IMG/VR virus record: IMGVR_UViG_3300020414_001615 | Coordinates: 1 to 35,402 of that record | Length of the DNA: 35,402 nt | Source: a virus | Lineage: Duplodnaviria > Caudoviricetes | Direction: 5' to 3' (one strand) | Shown here: positions 18,660-26,491 of the stretch, in pieces | Position numbering within the stretch: position 1 is the first letter of the stretch | Layout: each line of letters begins with the position of its first letter | Notes under the pieces: model-generated | The model's input: only the letters and a program-made list of their open reading frames with translations | Database searches by the model: none | What the model was told of the DNA's origin: nothing | Made by a program: the position numbers and the translations under genes

Positions 18660-18882
18660 CTTGCGGAAACATCATAATAAAGCCAGCCCCGTTAGGTTGA
18701 ACCCCCATGACGTTGCACTCCACCCACTCTTCCGCTTCCGCCTCTGTCATGTTGTCCCGATCCATAAATATCTTAAGAACCTTCTCGTAGCGGTAGATCA
18801 ACCGCCCACAGTCAGAAGCCCCTTCGATTGCGTCGTCCAGCCCGTCCAAAACAAGGGCATCGTCTAGTAAGTCGCCAAACAT
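18655..18882 (-). CDS. Small acidic phage protein
   Basis: DGLDDAIEG...Y..EKVL...MTEAEAEEW...N..G pattern of a recurrent phage family. Confidence 0.65.
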   Translation of the reverse strand: MFGDLLDDALVLDGLDDAIEGASDCGRLIYRYEKVLKIFMDRDNMTEAEAEEWVECNVMGVQPNGAGFIMMFPQA

Positions 18883-18888
18883 ATCTAC

Positions 18889-19137
18889 CTACGCTTTGTT
18901 TGCTCCGTACCGTGCACGTTGATTCGCGAGTATCCGCTCACGGTTCTTGAGATAATACTTCCTGTTATATTCCTTCTTTTTCTTGCGCTTACGCTCCCAT
19001 TCTTCTGGGTCGGTAACTTGGAGAATCTCGTCTTTGCGTACGAACATCTCCTTATTACGTGCATACCACTCGTGTTGATACTTGAGACGCTTCTCTTTGT
19101 TTTTCCTGTAATACTCCTGTTTCTTAGGATCTGCCAT
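18889..19137 (-). CDS. Basic helical protein with EYYRKNKE-type repeats
   Basis: Lys/Arg/Tyr-rich; promoter directly upstream. Confidence 0.6.
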   Translation of the reverse strand: MADPKKQEYYRKNKEKRLKYQHEWYARNKEMFVRKDEILQVTDPEEWERKRKKKKEYNRKYYLKNRERILANQRARYGANKA

Positions 19138-19142
19138 GCCTG

Positions 19143-19170
19143 ATGCTACTTAAAGCGGGCTAACCGTCAA
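19143..19170 (-). promoter_or_regulatory. Sigma70-type promoter TTGACG-N16-TAGCAT, ATG 5 nt after the -10, A-tract upstream
   Basis: Read on the minus strand; first promoter of the leftward block. Confidence 0.65.
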
Positions 19171-19212
19171 TTTTTTTCTCAGACACACATATGTACAGGG
19201 CGCACGCGCACG

Positions 19213-19492
19213 AAAGACGCCACCCCTAGGGGTGGCGTCTTTGATTGTTTGAAGTCATAACTTCAAACAATTAGCGTAATGCTGACTCCGTTAATCCTTG
19301 ATAACCCTTTGGGTATCAAGGATTAACGATCTTGATCCCTTATTCCTGAATCATAATTCAGGATAAGGGATCAAGGATTCACTCACCAAAGGTGAGTGTT
19401 AAGTGGTTTTCTGGGTTCAAAACTTTCAAGGAAAGTTTCACGCGCCCCGCGCATGCCATTCCTAAAAGGAATGGCGGCTCCCTTTAGGGAGC
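19213..19492. repeat. Array of at least eight adjacent palindromes/hairpins
   Basis: 19213-19242 (perfect 30 bp), 19244-19271, 19289-19328, 19331-19375, 19380-19398, 19420-19438, 19455-19475, 19477-19492. Confidence 0.9.
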
Positions 19493-19543
19493 AATGCGTA
19501 GCGCCCACAGCCTCAGAGAGGCCGGAGATCGGCTCGACTCCCA

Positions 19544-19864
19544 TTGTTGTTGATGAGTGAAACAATGATCCCAGCCGACTTGATCCTGATTGATGACCCC
19601 AGAACACCCGTTCAACTGCTACGTGAGGTTCCTTATGAAACCTTGCTCGCCAGTCAACGGTTCTGGGAAGCCAGATTAGACCGTCTCTTTGAGACGAAGA
19701 AGTATGATATCGAAGACCATGACTGTTGCTCTCCAGAGGAGGATCTCTTGGAAACTCTCGACTACATCATCTACGATGATGATTACTTCATCGATAAACA
19801 TCTCTGGTGTGAGAAATCTCGCGAAGAGATCCTATCTCTCGCACCTAGCACCTACAGCCTCTAA
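19544..19864 (+). CDS. Small acidic early protein
   Basis: Lies between repeat copies; ends EILSLAPSTYSL. Confidence 0.6.
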   Translation: MLLMSETMIPADLILIDDPRTPVQLLREVPYETLLASQRFWEARLDRLFETKKYDIEDHDCCSPEEDLLETLDYIIYDDDYFIDKHLWCEKSREEILSLAPSTYSL

Positions 19865-19891
19865 AGAGGCCAGAAATCGACTCGACTCCCA

Positions 19892-20269
19892 TTGATTATG
19901 ATGACCGAAACCACTGAAACCATGATGACCAACCTTGAAGCCAACACACACTACAACGGAGTTGTTCGTATGTTGGAAAACCTCCCTACTTCGACCCTGA
20001 TTGAAACCCTGAACATAGCTCAAGCAGAGCTTGAGCGTATGGTCTGGAGAATGCCCTGCAAAGCAGTGGAGCGCAAAATACAGGAACTGTATTTGACCTC
20101 GCTGGCCTGCATTGTCCTTCTGAAGGAAGGAATAGGCAAAGCTGCCCTGAACGACCTCCTTGATGAGTCTCCTATGGTTGGGAGGGAACTCCCAACTCAA
20201 CGCCTAGTGCGCTGGGATCTGGAGATAGGAGAGATCCTATCTCTCACACCTAGCGCCTACAGCCTCTAA
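19892..20269 (+). CDS. Small early protein
   Basis: Lies between repeat copies; starts MMTETTETM, ends EILSLTPSAYSL. Confidence 0.6.
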   Translation: MIMMTETTETMMTNLEANTHYNGVVRMLENLPTSTLIETLNIAQAELERMVWRMPCKAVERKIQELYLTSLACIVLLKEGIGKAALNDLLDESPMVGRELPTQRLVRWDLEIGEILSLTPSAYSL

Positions 20270-20302
20270 AGAGGCCAGAAATCGACTCGACTCCCATTGT
20301 AA

Positions 20303-20509
20303 TTGATGACCGAAACCACTGAAACCATGACCTACACCGTTAAGCTCTACGAGAAAACCGCGATGACCACTTGGAGAAAGTTCGACAATCGCGAAGACGC
20401 TGACTTCTACGCCAACTTTCACGCCAAGAATCACGCTAAAGTTACCGTCGAAGAAGACAAACCGCTTCCCTTCTCCGAAGAAGACGAAGCCTTTTACTAC
20501 AGTTGCTAA
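20303..20509 (+). CDS. Small early protein
   Basis: Starts MMTETTETM within the third repeat copy. Confidence 0.6.
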   Translation: MMTETTETMTYTVKLYEKTAMTTWRKFDNREDADFYANFHAKNHAKVTVEEDKPLPFSEEDEAFYYSC

Positions 20510-20527
20510 CCTAACTACGTTAAAACC

Positions 20528-20935
20528 ATGACTGAAACCATGAACATGAACCCTGCCCTTTGTGTCACCCTTGGTGACTCCCGCCCAGCCAGCCTGCTGG
20601 CTCAGGAGGTTTCTCACGAAACCTTGAACCACAGTCTCTTCCTACTGGAAGAGGATACCCTCTTCTCTGAAGAGGACATGGATGAAATCAACGTATCCCT
20701 TTGGGATGCTGTTGATGAAGGCTCCGACTTCCTTGTGCGCCAAGCTCGTAGAGCTTTCGAGGAGGAAGAGGACAACCACAATGAGATCTCTGATCTCATA
20801 AGCCGGATCGAGGAAGCTCTCGACATACAGCTACATAGCCAGTGTGAGGAGCATGAGGAGTGTGAGGGCAGCAACACGCCTTCCATTCACCCATTGCACC
20901 CCGCACCTTGGAACCGAACTACCGTAGTCCAGTAA
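20528..20935 (+). CDS. Highly acidic early protein
   Basis: Glu/Asp-rich; N-terminus (D.R..LL..EV..ETL) resembles that of 19544-19864. Confidence 0.6.
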   Translation: MTETMNMNPALCVTLGDSRPASLLAQEVSHETLNHSLFLLEEDTLFSEEDMDEINVSLWDAVDEGSDFLVRQARRAFEEEEDNHNEISDLISRIEEALDIQLHSQCEEHEECEGSNTPSIHPLHPAPWNRTTVVQ

Positions 20936-21017
20936 CAGCTACGCTGGAAAAAAACTTTAAGAAAAAGCTTGAGGGAAATGCCCTTATCTGCTTTACTAGT
21001 AAACATCACAAGCCGAA
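20916..21017 (+). promoter_or_regulatory. Early module 1: inverted hairpin core, A-tracts, TTGAGG-N17-TTTACTAGTAAA
   Basis: Similar to the modules at 24625, 26492 and 28776. Confidence 0.7.
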
Positions 21018-21057
21018 TCGGCTGAACCTAACCAACCAACCAACACACACTACCGTT

Positions 21058-21747
21058 ATGCAAACCACCACTGTTCTTGCTACCGTCAACACCGATGCCC
21101 TCCGTCAGCTCAGCACCAACGAGCTGAAGACACACACAAAGGAAGCCGCGATGGAAGTCGCTCGTTCCAATGAGAAGGGGGCCAAATGGCTCGGCGTATG
21201 CCGTGCTCAACTTGCCAACCTTGGCGAGACTAGCGAAGCTACCTTCAAACTTGTTCGGACTTCCCTTGTAAAGGGAGGCATGGATGAGAAGCGGGCCAAG
21301 TCTGCTACCAACAACGCCAACGGTCACATGAATCTGGCACACTTCCTCCTGAAGGAGGATGGTGCGACGATTTGCGAGAAGAGATTCTTCGCCGTCTCTG
21401 TAAGAGACGCTAAGGCCGTTGCTTCTACCCTCCATAGAGGGGGAGAGGATGCCATCAAGGACTTCAACAAGTTGAGTCTCCGCAAAGGGAAGCTCTCCCG
21501 TAAGGGACTCGACAACTTCCTCCCTGCCAAGGAGGCTCCGGTCAAGGAGGCTCCCGCCAAGGAGGAGAAGCCCGCAGACTCTGCACCTTCCAATCCTGAA
21601 GAGTCCAGCGAGACTCCGATGAATCCGGTGCTGTCGTCAGTTCAGATGGTAGCTGCCGCTATCAAGACGCTCCGTAAGGAGCTTCCGAACTTGTCCGGTA
21701 AGGACAAGGAGACTGCCATTGCCGCTCTCAGTGAGCTGATTGGCTAA
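21058..21747 (+). CDS. Basic early protein, possibly DNA-binding (start revised to MQTTTV)
   Basis: ATG follows module 1 and an AC-rich leader. Confidence 0.65.
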   Translation: MQTTTVLATVNTDALRQLSTNELKTHTKEAAMEVARSNEKGAKWLGVCRAQLANLGETSEATFKLVRTSLVKGGMDEKRAKSATNNANGHMNLAHFLLKEDGATICEKRFFAVSVRDAKAVASTLHRGGEDAIKDFNKLSLRKGKLSRKGLDNFLPAKEAPVKEAPAKEEKPADSAPSNPEESSETPMNPVLSSVQMVAAAIKTLRKELPNLSGKDKETAIAALSELIG

Positions 21748-21791
21748 CCCCCTAAAGGGGGAGGCTGGACTACGGTAGTTCAGTCTCCCCC
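21748..21791 (+). repeat. Hairpin repeat copy GGGGGAGGCTGGACTACGGTAGTTCAGTCTCCCCC
   Basis: Directly after a stop codon; preceded by CCCCCTAAA. Confidence 0.9.
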
Positions 21792-21818
21792 ACCTAACCC
21801 ATTAACATCCTGAGCATT

Positions 21819-22031
21819 ATGCAATACCTGTTTAACACACTCACCTTCGGCGGTCTTACCGCTACCTTCCTAGCTACTCTCACAATGTGGGATAATCCCT
21901 CAATCCTGAACCTGCTTCTAGCACAAGGATCGCTTACACTGACTGCATGGTCTTCCATTACGGCTGACCACATAAAGATGCGTAAGAAAACCGAGCAACA
22001 CATTGCTGCTGCAAAGCAGCACCGACTCTAA
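21819..22031 (+). CDS. Small membrane protein
   Basis: Two hydrophobic segments and a basic tail. Confidence 0.55.
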   Translation: MQYLFNTLTFGGLTATFLATLTMWDNPSILNLLLAQGSLTLTAWSSITADHIKMRKKTEQHIAAAKQHRL

Positions 22032-22053
22032 ACCATAAAACTAATCTACGATT

Positions 22054-22701
22054 ATGACTTCTGATCTCTTCAATTACTTCAACGGAAAATACGTGGACTG
22101 GACCTTTCGGTCCTCATCCGCAGCCCGTGCTAGGCTTAAGGCATGGGATCAGAGGCACGAGTCCCAGCCTAGCTGGGAGGAGGACTTCTATGACTACGAA
22201 AGTAGTGAGCAAGTCTGGGACGAAGTGACCTGTGGTCAGAGTGTCATGGGAGTCGATGACTGCGGCATTCTCCCAGAGGAGAAGTGGGAATACATCAAGA
22301 ACCCCAGTCTTTCTACGAAAGAAATCTGGCAACTCTTCGCTGATGAATCAGCCGATGAGCGGGCGGACAGGTATGGTCATCGGTATGATGACGTCGAGGA
22401 GTGTTGGGACTACTACGCCGACGACTACGACGACAACTACTACTACGACGACTACGACGAATACCATCCTTGCGACTACGAGTGGTATGAGTCGGACCAT
22501 CCCTCCAGTATATTCTTTTGCCATGAAATGGAAAAAGAATCGGAGAAGTATATCGAAGACTGCAAAGTCTGGAGCGAAACCGTGCAAGAGATTGCATGGT
22601 TTGATGAGTGCGAAATAGTGGATGGGGTTCCCCATCCACCTGAACTGAAACCTGAACCCCGCCCCCTGATCTCCGATCACCACTATCGGAAAGCTGCCTA
22701 A
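22054..22701 (+). CDS. Very acidic, Tyr/Trp-rich protein
   Basis: DYYADDYDDNYYYDDYDEY tract. Confidence 0.6.
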   Translation: MTSDLFNYFNGKYVDWTFRSSSAARARLKAWDQRHESQPSWEEDFYDYESSEQVWDEVTCGQSVMGVDDCGILPEEKWEYIKNPSLSTKEIWQLFADESADERADRYGHRYDDVEECWDYYADDYDDNYYYDDYDEYHPCDYEWYESDHPSSIFFCHEMEKESEKYIEDCKVWSETVQEIAWFDECEIVDGVPHPPELKPEPRPLISDHHYRKAA

Positions 22702-22742
22702 CCCTTTAACACACAACCAATAACACGAAAGGAACACACACT

Positions 22743-23249
22743 ATGCAAAAATTATCTGACCTGATTAAGAATCCATCCGGCCTCGACTCGCTCGACAATT
22801 ACGCTGGAGAAATCCCCGAAGACAAGTGGCACGTAGTGCTAACCCAAAGTCGGGACTGTGAGATACTCACCAAGTCCAACTGGGCCGTTGCTCTGGAAGA
22901 GCTGGGCGGGGAGAGTGAGCACGTTGAGATCCACCGCTTCGGTCACTGGGCTTGCGGCTGGTGGGAAGCCTTGTGCGTAGCCAAGGACAGTGAGGCTTGG
23001 GAAACCGCGAAGGAAATACATGATTCCCTGAGCGACTACCCTGTCTTGGACGAACAGCATTTCTCTGAAATGGAAACGGAGGAAGCTGACCGTATCTGGA
23101 GTGACTGCTTCGCTCCAAAGGAGAGAGTCGAACACCTTCGTTCCGAAGGAGGGACGGAGAACTTCAACGGCTTTGCCGACCTCATGCAATGTGTGAGGGG
23201 AGCCTTCGCTCCCTTCACTAACAACGGATACTACGGCATCATTGGATAG
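22743..23249 (+). CDS. Acidic phage protein
   Basis: SRD...SNW, HWACGW.E and LSDYPVLDE motifs of a recurrent phage family. Confidence 0.7.
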   Translation: MQKLSDLIKNPSGLDSLDNYAGEIPEDKWHVVLTQSRDCEILTKSNWAVALEELGGESEHVEIHRFGHWACGWWEALCVAKDSEAWETAKEIHDSLSDYPVLDEQHFSEMETEEADRIWSDCFAPKERVEHLRSEGGTENFNGFADLMQCVRGAFAPFTNNGYYGIIG

Positions 23250-23325
23250 CCCCCTAAAGGGGGAGGCTGGACTACGGTAGTTCAGCTTCCCCTGAATCCT
23301 GAATCCTGAATCCTGAATCCTGAAT
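23250..23325 (+). repeat. Hairpin repeat copy followed by (CCTGAAT)5
   Basis: CCCCCTAAAGGGGGAGGCTGGACTACGGTAGTTCAGCTTCCCC, then heptamer tandem at 23291-23325. Confidence 0.9.
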
Positions 23326-23329
23326 AGAT

Positions 23330-23653
23330 ATGACCTTTCACGAACCTGTAACCTGCCGCGATGGCTACCGTGTTTCCGTACAAGCTAGCAATGGGCACTA
23401 CTGCGAGCCTAGATATAGCGATGACCCCCTCGAATATCGAGAGGTAGAACTTGGCTACCCTTCGGCCCCCGACCCTCTCCTTGAGGGCTGGGCAGAGGAC
23501 GAGAGCTGCCCTACCGATACCGTATATCCCTATGTTCCTGTTCACCTTGTGCGGGAACTCCTCGCAAATCATGGCGGGGTGGAGTCGGGCACCGTGCCCT
23601 ACGGTGTATTTGAAGACGCAAGCGGACAACTGTTGCTACAGTTACTCCGTTAA
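23330..23653 (+). CDS. Phage protein
   Basis: C.DG...SVQAS..HYC.PR, VELGYPS and TVYPYVP motifs of a recurrent phage family. Confidence 0.7.
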   Translation: MTFHEPVTCRDGYRVSVQASNGHYCEPRYSDDPLEYREVELGYPSAPDPLLEGWAEDESCPTDTVYPYVPVHLVRELLANHGGVESGTVPYGVFEDASGQLLLQLLR

Positions 23654-23676
23654 ACACACACACACACACACACACT

Positions 23677-24243
23677 ATGAACAACACATATATTATCCGT
23701 CTTTCTGACGGACAAGATACCGTTATCGAATTACCTAAACCGAAGGTAGAAAAAGACGGAAAGGTATGGGTCTTCGACCACGAAGGCGAACAATATACCC
23801 TGCACCATGATGCCTTCTTCATGGATCAATGGACCTTGGGCTTCGCTCAATACTATGAGTGGTATGGCTCCGAAGGTTTCGGAGAGGTCGGCAAGCCAGA
23901 GCATGGCAGATACAAGCCGAAGGGAGGGGTAGAGATGATCCTCTTTGAGACGGAACACGAAGTGTTACGGAACGGGAGTGACCTTGTGCATAAGTTGCAA
24001 GAGCAACTCAACAAGGAAGGTCGTTTCACGAAGTATGATTTCCGAAGGACAAACATGCACGAAGCATCATGGACTACGGGATGTTCTGCATCGGGGCAGA
24101 GGTGCGTCTTCCCCGAAATCCTAGAGGACAATTCCCTCCCATCTCTGATGCCATACGACAGACCTTGGGAGATCGTATGTAAGAACGGCAAGTTCTTTCA
24201 CCTCGACCGTGGCACTAGCCACCTAGCTGAGAGCAAGATCTAA
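23677..24243 (+). CDS. Hypothetical early protein
   Basis: 188 aa ORF after an (AC)n leader. Confidence 0.6.
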   Translation: MNNTYIIRLSDGQDTVIELPKPKVEKDGKVWVFDHEGEQYTLHHDAFFMDQWTLGFAQYYEWYGSEGFGEVGKPEHGRYKPKGGVEMILFETEHEVLRNGSDLVHKLQEQLNKEGRFTKYDFRRTNMHEASWTTGCSASGQRCVFPEILEDNSLPSLMPYDRPWEIVCKNGKFFHLDRGTSHLAESKI

Positions 24244-24292
24244 CCAATCGACACGTCATTGGAACGTGTCGATTTAACCTGAACCAATCGAC

Positions 24293-24469
24293 ATGAAACG
24301 TAAACGCAAACCCCTGCCAAGCAACTCGCTTGAGCAGAGGAACATGACTCGTCATGCCATGCCGCCGCCAACCTCGCGACACAAGGATCGCAAGAAGGTA
24401 GCGCGTAAGCAGGCGTGTCGTAAACCACTGAACCTGAACCATGAAAACAATTCAACTATCCCTCACTGA
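24293..24469 (+). CDS. Small very basic protein, 58 aa
   Basis: Manually translated MKRKRKPLPSNSLEQRNMTRHAMPPPTSRHKDRKKVARKQACRKPLNLNHENNSTIPH; CCTGAA upstream. Confidence 0.5.
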   Translation: MKRKRKPLPSNSLEQRNMTRHAMPPPTSRHKDRKKVARKQACRKPLNLNHENNSTIPH

Positions 24470-24638
24470 TAGTGCCTTCGACAAGATCAAGACTGAAGTC
24501 TTTTGTGCCGCGCTAGCTCAAAATGCCTCCGGCCCCCACGCCGCATGGAAACTGGTGCTCGACGCAATGGAGCGGGGAGACACTGAGAAGACCATCCGAA
24601 CGAAAGAGGACGTGAACCCTGACCCTGAACTACGGTAG
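24441..24638 (+). CDS. Small hypothetical protein
   Basis: CTGAACCTGAACC leader; stop codon lies inside the hairpin core. Confidence 0.6.
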   Translation: MKTIQLSLTDSAFDKIKTEVFCAALAQNASGPHAAWKLVLDAMERGDTEKTIRTKEDVNPDPELR

Positions 24639-24743
24639 TCCAGTAACAGCTACGCTGGAAAAAACCTTAAGAAAAAACTTGAGTAATCAGAAGTTATCTG
24701 TTTTACTAGTAAACATCACAAGCCGAAAGGCAAACCAACCAAC
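24625..24743 (+). promoter_or_regulatory. Early module 2: hairpin core plus promoter-like repeat
   Basis: 24658-24743 is identical to 26527-26612 (86 bp). Confidence 0.75.
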
Positions 24744-24760
24744 CTGAATCCTGAATCGAT

Positions 24761-25153
24761 ATGTCAAACCTGACCGAATGCCAACAGAAGAACGTCACCC
24801 TTGCAGGTGGCATGTATTTTGCGACCAACTGCTTTAGCTGGTCGCTGGGTAAAACCCCGTGGGAAGCTATGGGAAACCTCGACCTGAATTATCAGGGCAC
24901 GATCCCCAAAGTGGGGACCAAGAACTACAAGAAGTGGACTGGTGATGTCTCGCTTTACTACATCCCTGACGCGGAGAAGTGGGGAGGTGTTACACGATAC
25001 ACCCCAGTCGATGACAACAATGTCCCGATTGGCATCCTGCTCTACGGGACAAGCCCCGATAGTGAGCACAACCAGAAGATCGCCCACCGTCACATGACGG
25101 AGGGTGCGGATGCTGTGCTGTCCGATCCTGAGAATCTTCCCATCAGATACTAA
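24761..25153 (+). CDS. Hypothetical early protein
   Basis: Follows module 2; ends at a hairpin repeat. Confidence 0.6.
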   Translation: MSNLTECQQKNVTLAGGMYFATNCFSWSLGKTPWEAMGNLDLNYQGTIPKVGTKNYKKWTGDVSLYYIPDAEKWGGVTRYTPVDDNNVPIGILLYGTSPDSEHNQKIAHRHMTEGADAVLSDPENLPIRY

Positions 25154-25192
25154 CCCCGAAGGGGAGGCTGGACTACGGTAGTTCAGCCTCCC
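25154..25192 (+). repeat. Hairpin repeat copy
   Basis: CCCCGAAGGGGAGGCTGGACTACGGTAGTTCAGCCTCCC. Confidence 0.9.
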
Positions 25193-25221
25193 TCCCTTAA
25201 CTTGAACCTGAGAATTGAATT

Positions 25222-25572
25222 ATGAAAATGACCCTATCAACTAGCCATGCTGCCGACCTACTCTTCCGCGATGAGTATGGTGGGTGGAGTTATGCGGCAG
25301 CGAACGCCATGTGTGAATACCTTGAACAACTGGAGGAGGATCTGGGCGAGGACATTGAGTTCTGCCCTGTCGCAATCCGCTGTGACTACAGCGAGTATGG
25401 CTCGCTCGACGAAGCCATCACTGAGCTTATCGGAGATCCCGTGGACATCGACGAAGAGTGGACACCTGAGAACCTAGCAACAGGCGACCACGATGAAGAC
25501 ATGCAGATGCACCTGCAAGAGCTGACGACCGTGATCCCGTTTAACGGGGGCGTGATTGTCCAGTCCTTCTAA
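25222..25572 (+). CDS. Acidic phage protein, candidate antirestriction/DNA mimic
   Basis: WSY...A..EYLE.LEED.G..IE..PVAIRCDYSEY motif; very few basic residues. Confidence 0.6.
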   Translation: MKMTLSTSHAADLLFRDEYGGWSYAAANAMCEYLEQLEEDLGEDIEFCPVAIRCDYSEYGSLDEAITELIGDPVDIDEEWTPENLATGDHDEDMQMHLQELTTVIPFNGGVIVQSF

Positions 25573-25601
25573 CCTGAAACCTGAAACCTGAAACCTGAAC
25601 C

Positions 25602-25931
25602 ATGAAAATAAACATTATCCATGTTGCCTTCGATGGCGACCCTGACGAAGTAGTTTTTTCTTACGATGACCTTGGCACAACAAGGGGAGATCGTGACGTA
25701 TTGCAAGCGTGTGCTAGGGCATTCCGTATGTTCAACGCACCATTGGAATTGCTCGATGATGAGGATGCGCTGATTGCTATTGCATACCGCACACAGAATC
25801 TCCGGTCTCTCTCCGTCGGGGACATTGTAGAAGTCCATCACCCAAGTGTTCGCAGTCCCCAGAGGTGGGTGTGTGAACCCTCTGGATGGAAAAGGTCTGA
25901 ACTTGAACCAACTAACCTGAAACCTGAATAA
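25602..25931 (+). CDS. YodL-like domain protein
   Basis: F..FN...RSLSVGDIV...W.C.P.GW motif. Confidence 0.6.
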   Translation: MKINIIHVAFDGDPDEVVFSYDDLGTTRGDRDVLQACARAFRMFNAPLELLDDEDALIAIAYRTQNLRSLSVGDIVEVHHPSVRSPQRWVCEPSGWKRSELEPTNLKPE

Positions 25932-26327
25932 ATGAATAACACAGCAAACAACCTGCAAGACCTCCTGTCCCTTCGGGGATGCGGAGAAGAAACCTTCGGG
26001 CAACTCAAGCGCAACGTGTATAAATACACATCATGCGGTGCTTGGATAATTGAGACCGAATACGGCGTGGGGCTTGGCTCTATTGTCGAGGGCGTAGACG
26101 AAGGCACCGAAACTCACGCGCTAAACTACCCATTCACAATCGACCAATTCCAAGACGCTTTACAATCTGTCGAGGACGAAGCCGATGAGATATGGAAAGC
26201 CACGCATGGCTGCGAGGATTGCCACGACCATCCGCAAGCGGATGAGTGGGGCAACGAGAACGAGTTCGGCGCATGGCCTATCAATCCCGACTGCAAGACA
26301 TGCAAGGGAGAGGGGGCGATCATATGA
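25932..26327 (+). CDS. Acidic protein with a C-terminal CxxC...CxxCxGxG zinc finger
   Basis: CEDC and CKTCKGEG; YKYTSCG and GSIVEG motifs. Confidence 0.65.
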   Translation: MNNTANNLQDLLSLRGCGEETFGQLKRNVYKYTSCGAWIIETEYGVGLGSIVEGVDEGTETHALNYPFTIDQFQDALQSVEDEADEIWKATHGCEDCHDHPQADEWGNENEFGAWPINPDCKTCKGEGAII

Positions 26328-26491
26328 GCCAACCCCAGATCCCCTACATAATGCTCGATGGCGAAGAGATCCGTCTCGACAACGTCGAGTTCTTGAACGT
26401 CGAAGAGGACATCATCAACGGACGTGACCTGATTACGTTCAAGCATGAGGGCGAGACACATCAGTCGTATGTGGTTCATCGCCCCTGCTAA
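26324..26491 (+). CDS. Small hypothetical protein (MSQPQIPY...)
   Basis: ATGA overlap with the upstream stop; ends at a hairpin core. Confidence 0.55.
   Translation: MSQPQIPYIMLDGEEIRLDNVEFLNVEEDIINGRDLITFKHEGETHQSYVVHRPC

Larger units (their letters stand above)
19499..20330 (+). repeat. Gene-junction direct repeat: two ~101 bp copies (19825-19925, 20230-20330) and one diverged partial copy (19499-19569)
   Basis: AGAGATCCTATCTCTC.CACCTAGC.CCTACAGCCTCTAAAGAGGCCAGAAATCGACTCGACTCCCATTG....TGATGACCGAAACCACTGAAACCATGA. Confidence 0.95.

Noticed and set aside
19825-20330. Diversity-generating retroelement TR/VR pair
   Set aside because: Both copies occupy equivalent gene junctions, differences are few and not confined to adenines of one template copy, and no reverse transcriptase is present
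20908-21057. N-terminal extension of the 279 aa ORF
   Set aside because: It runs through the non-coding hairpin/promoter module; the ATG at 21058 fits the shared leader pattern
23654-23675. (AC)11 microsatellite as a phase-variation switch
   Set aside because: It is intergenic so cannot shift a frame; better explained as one of the A/C-rich leaders
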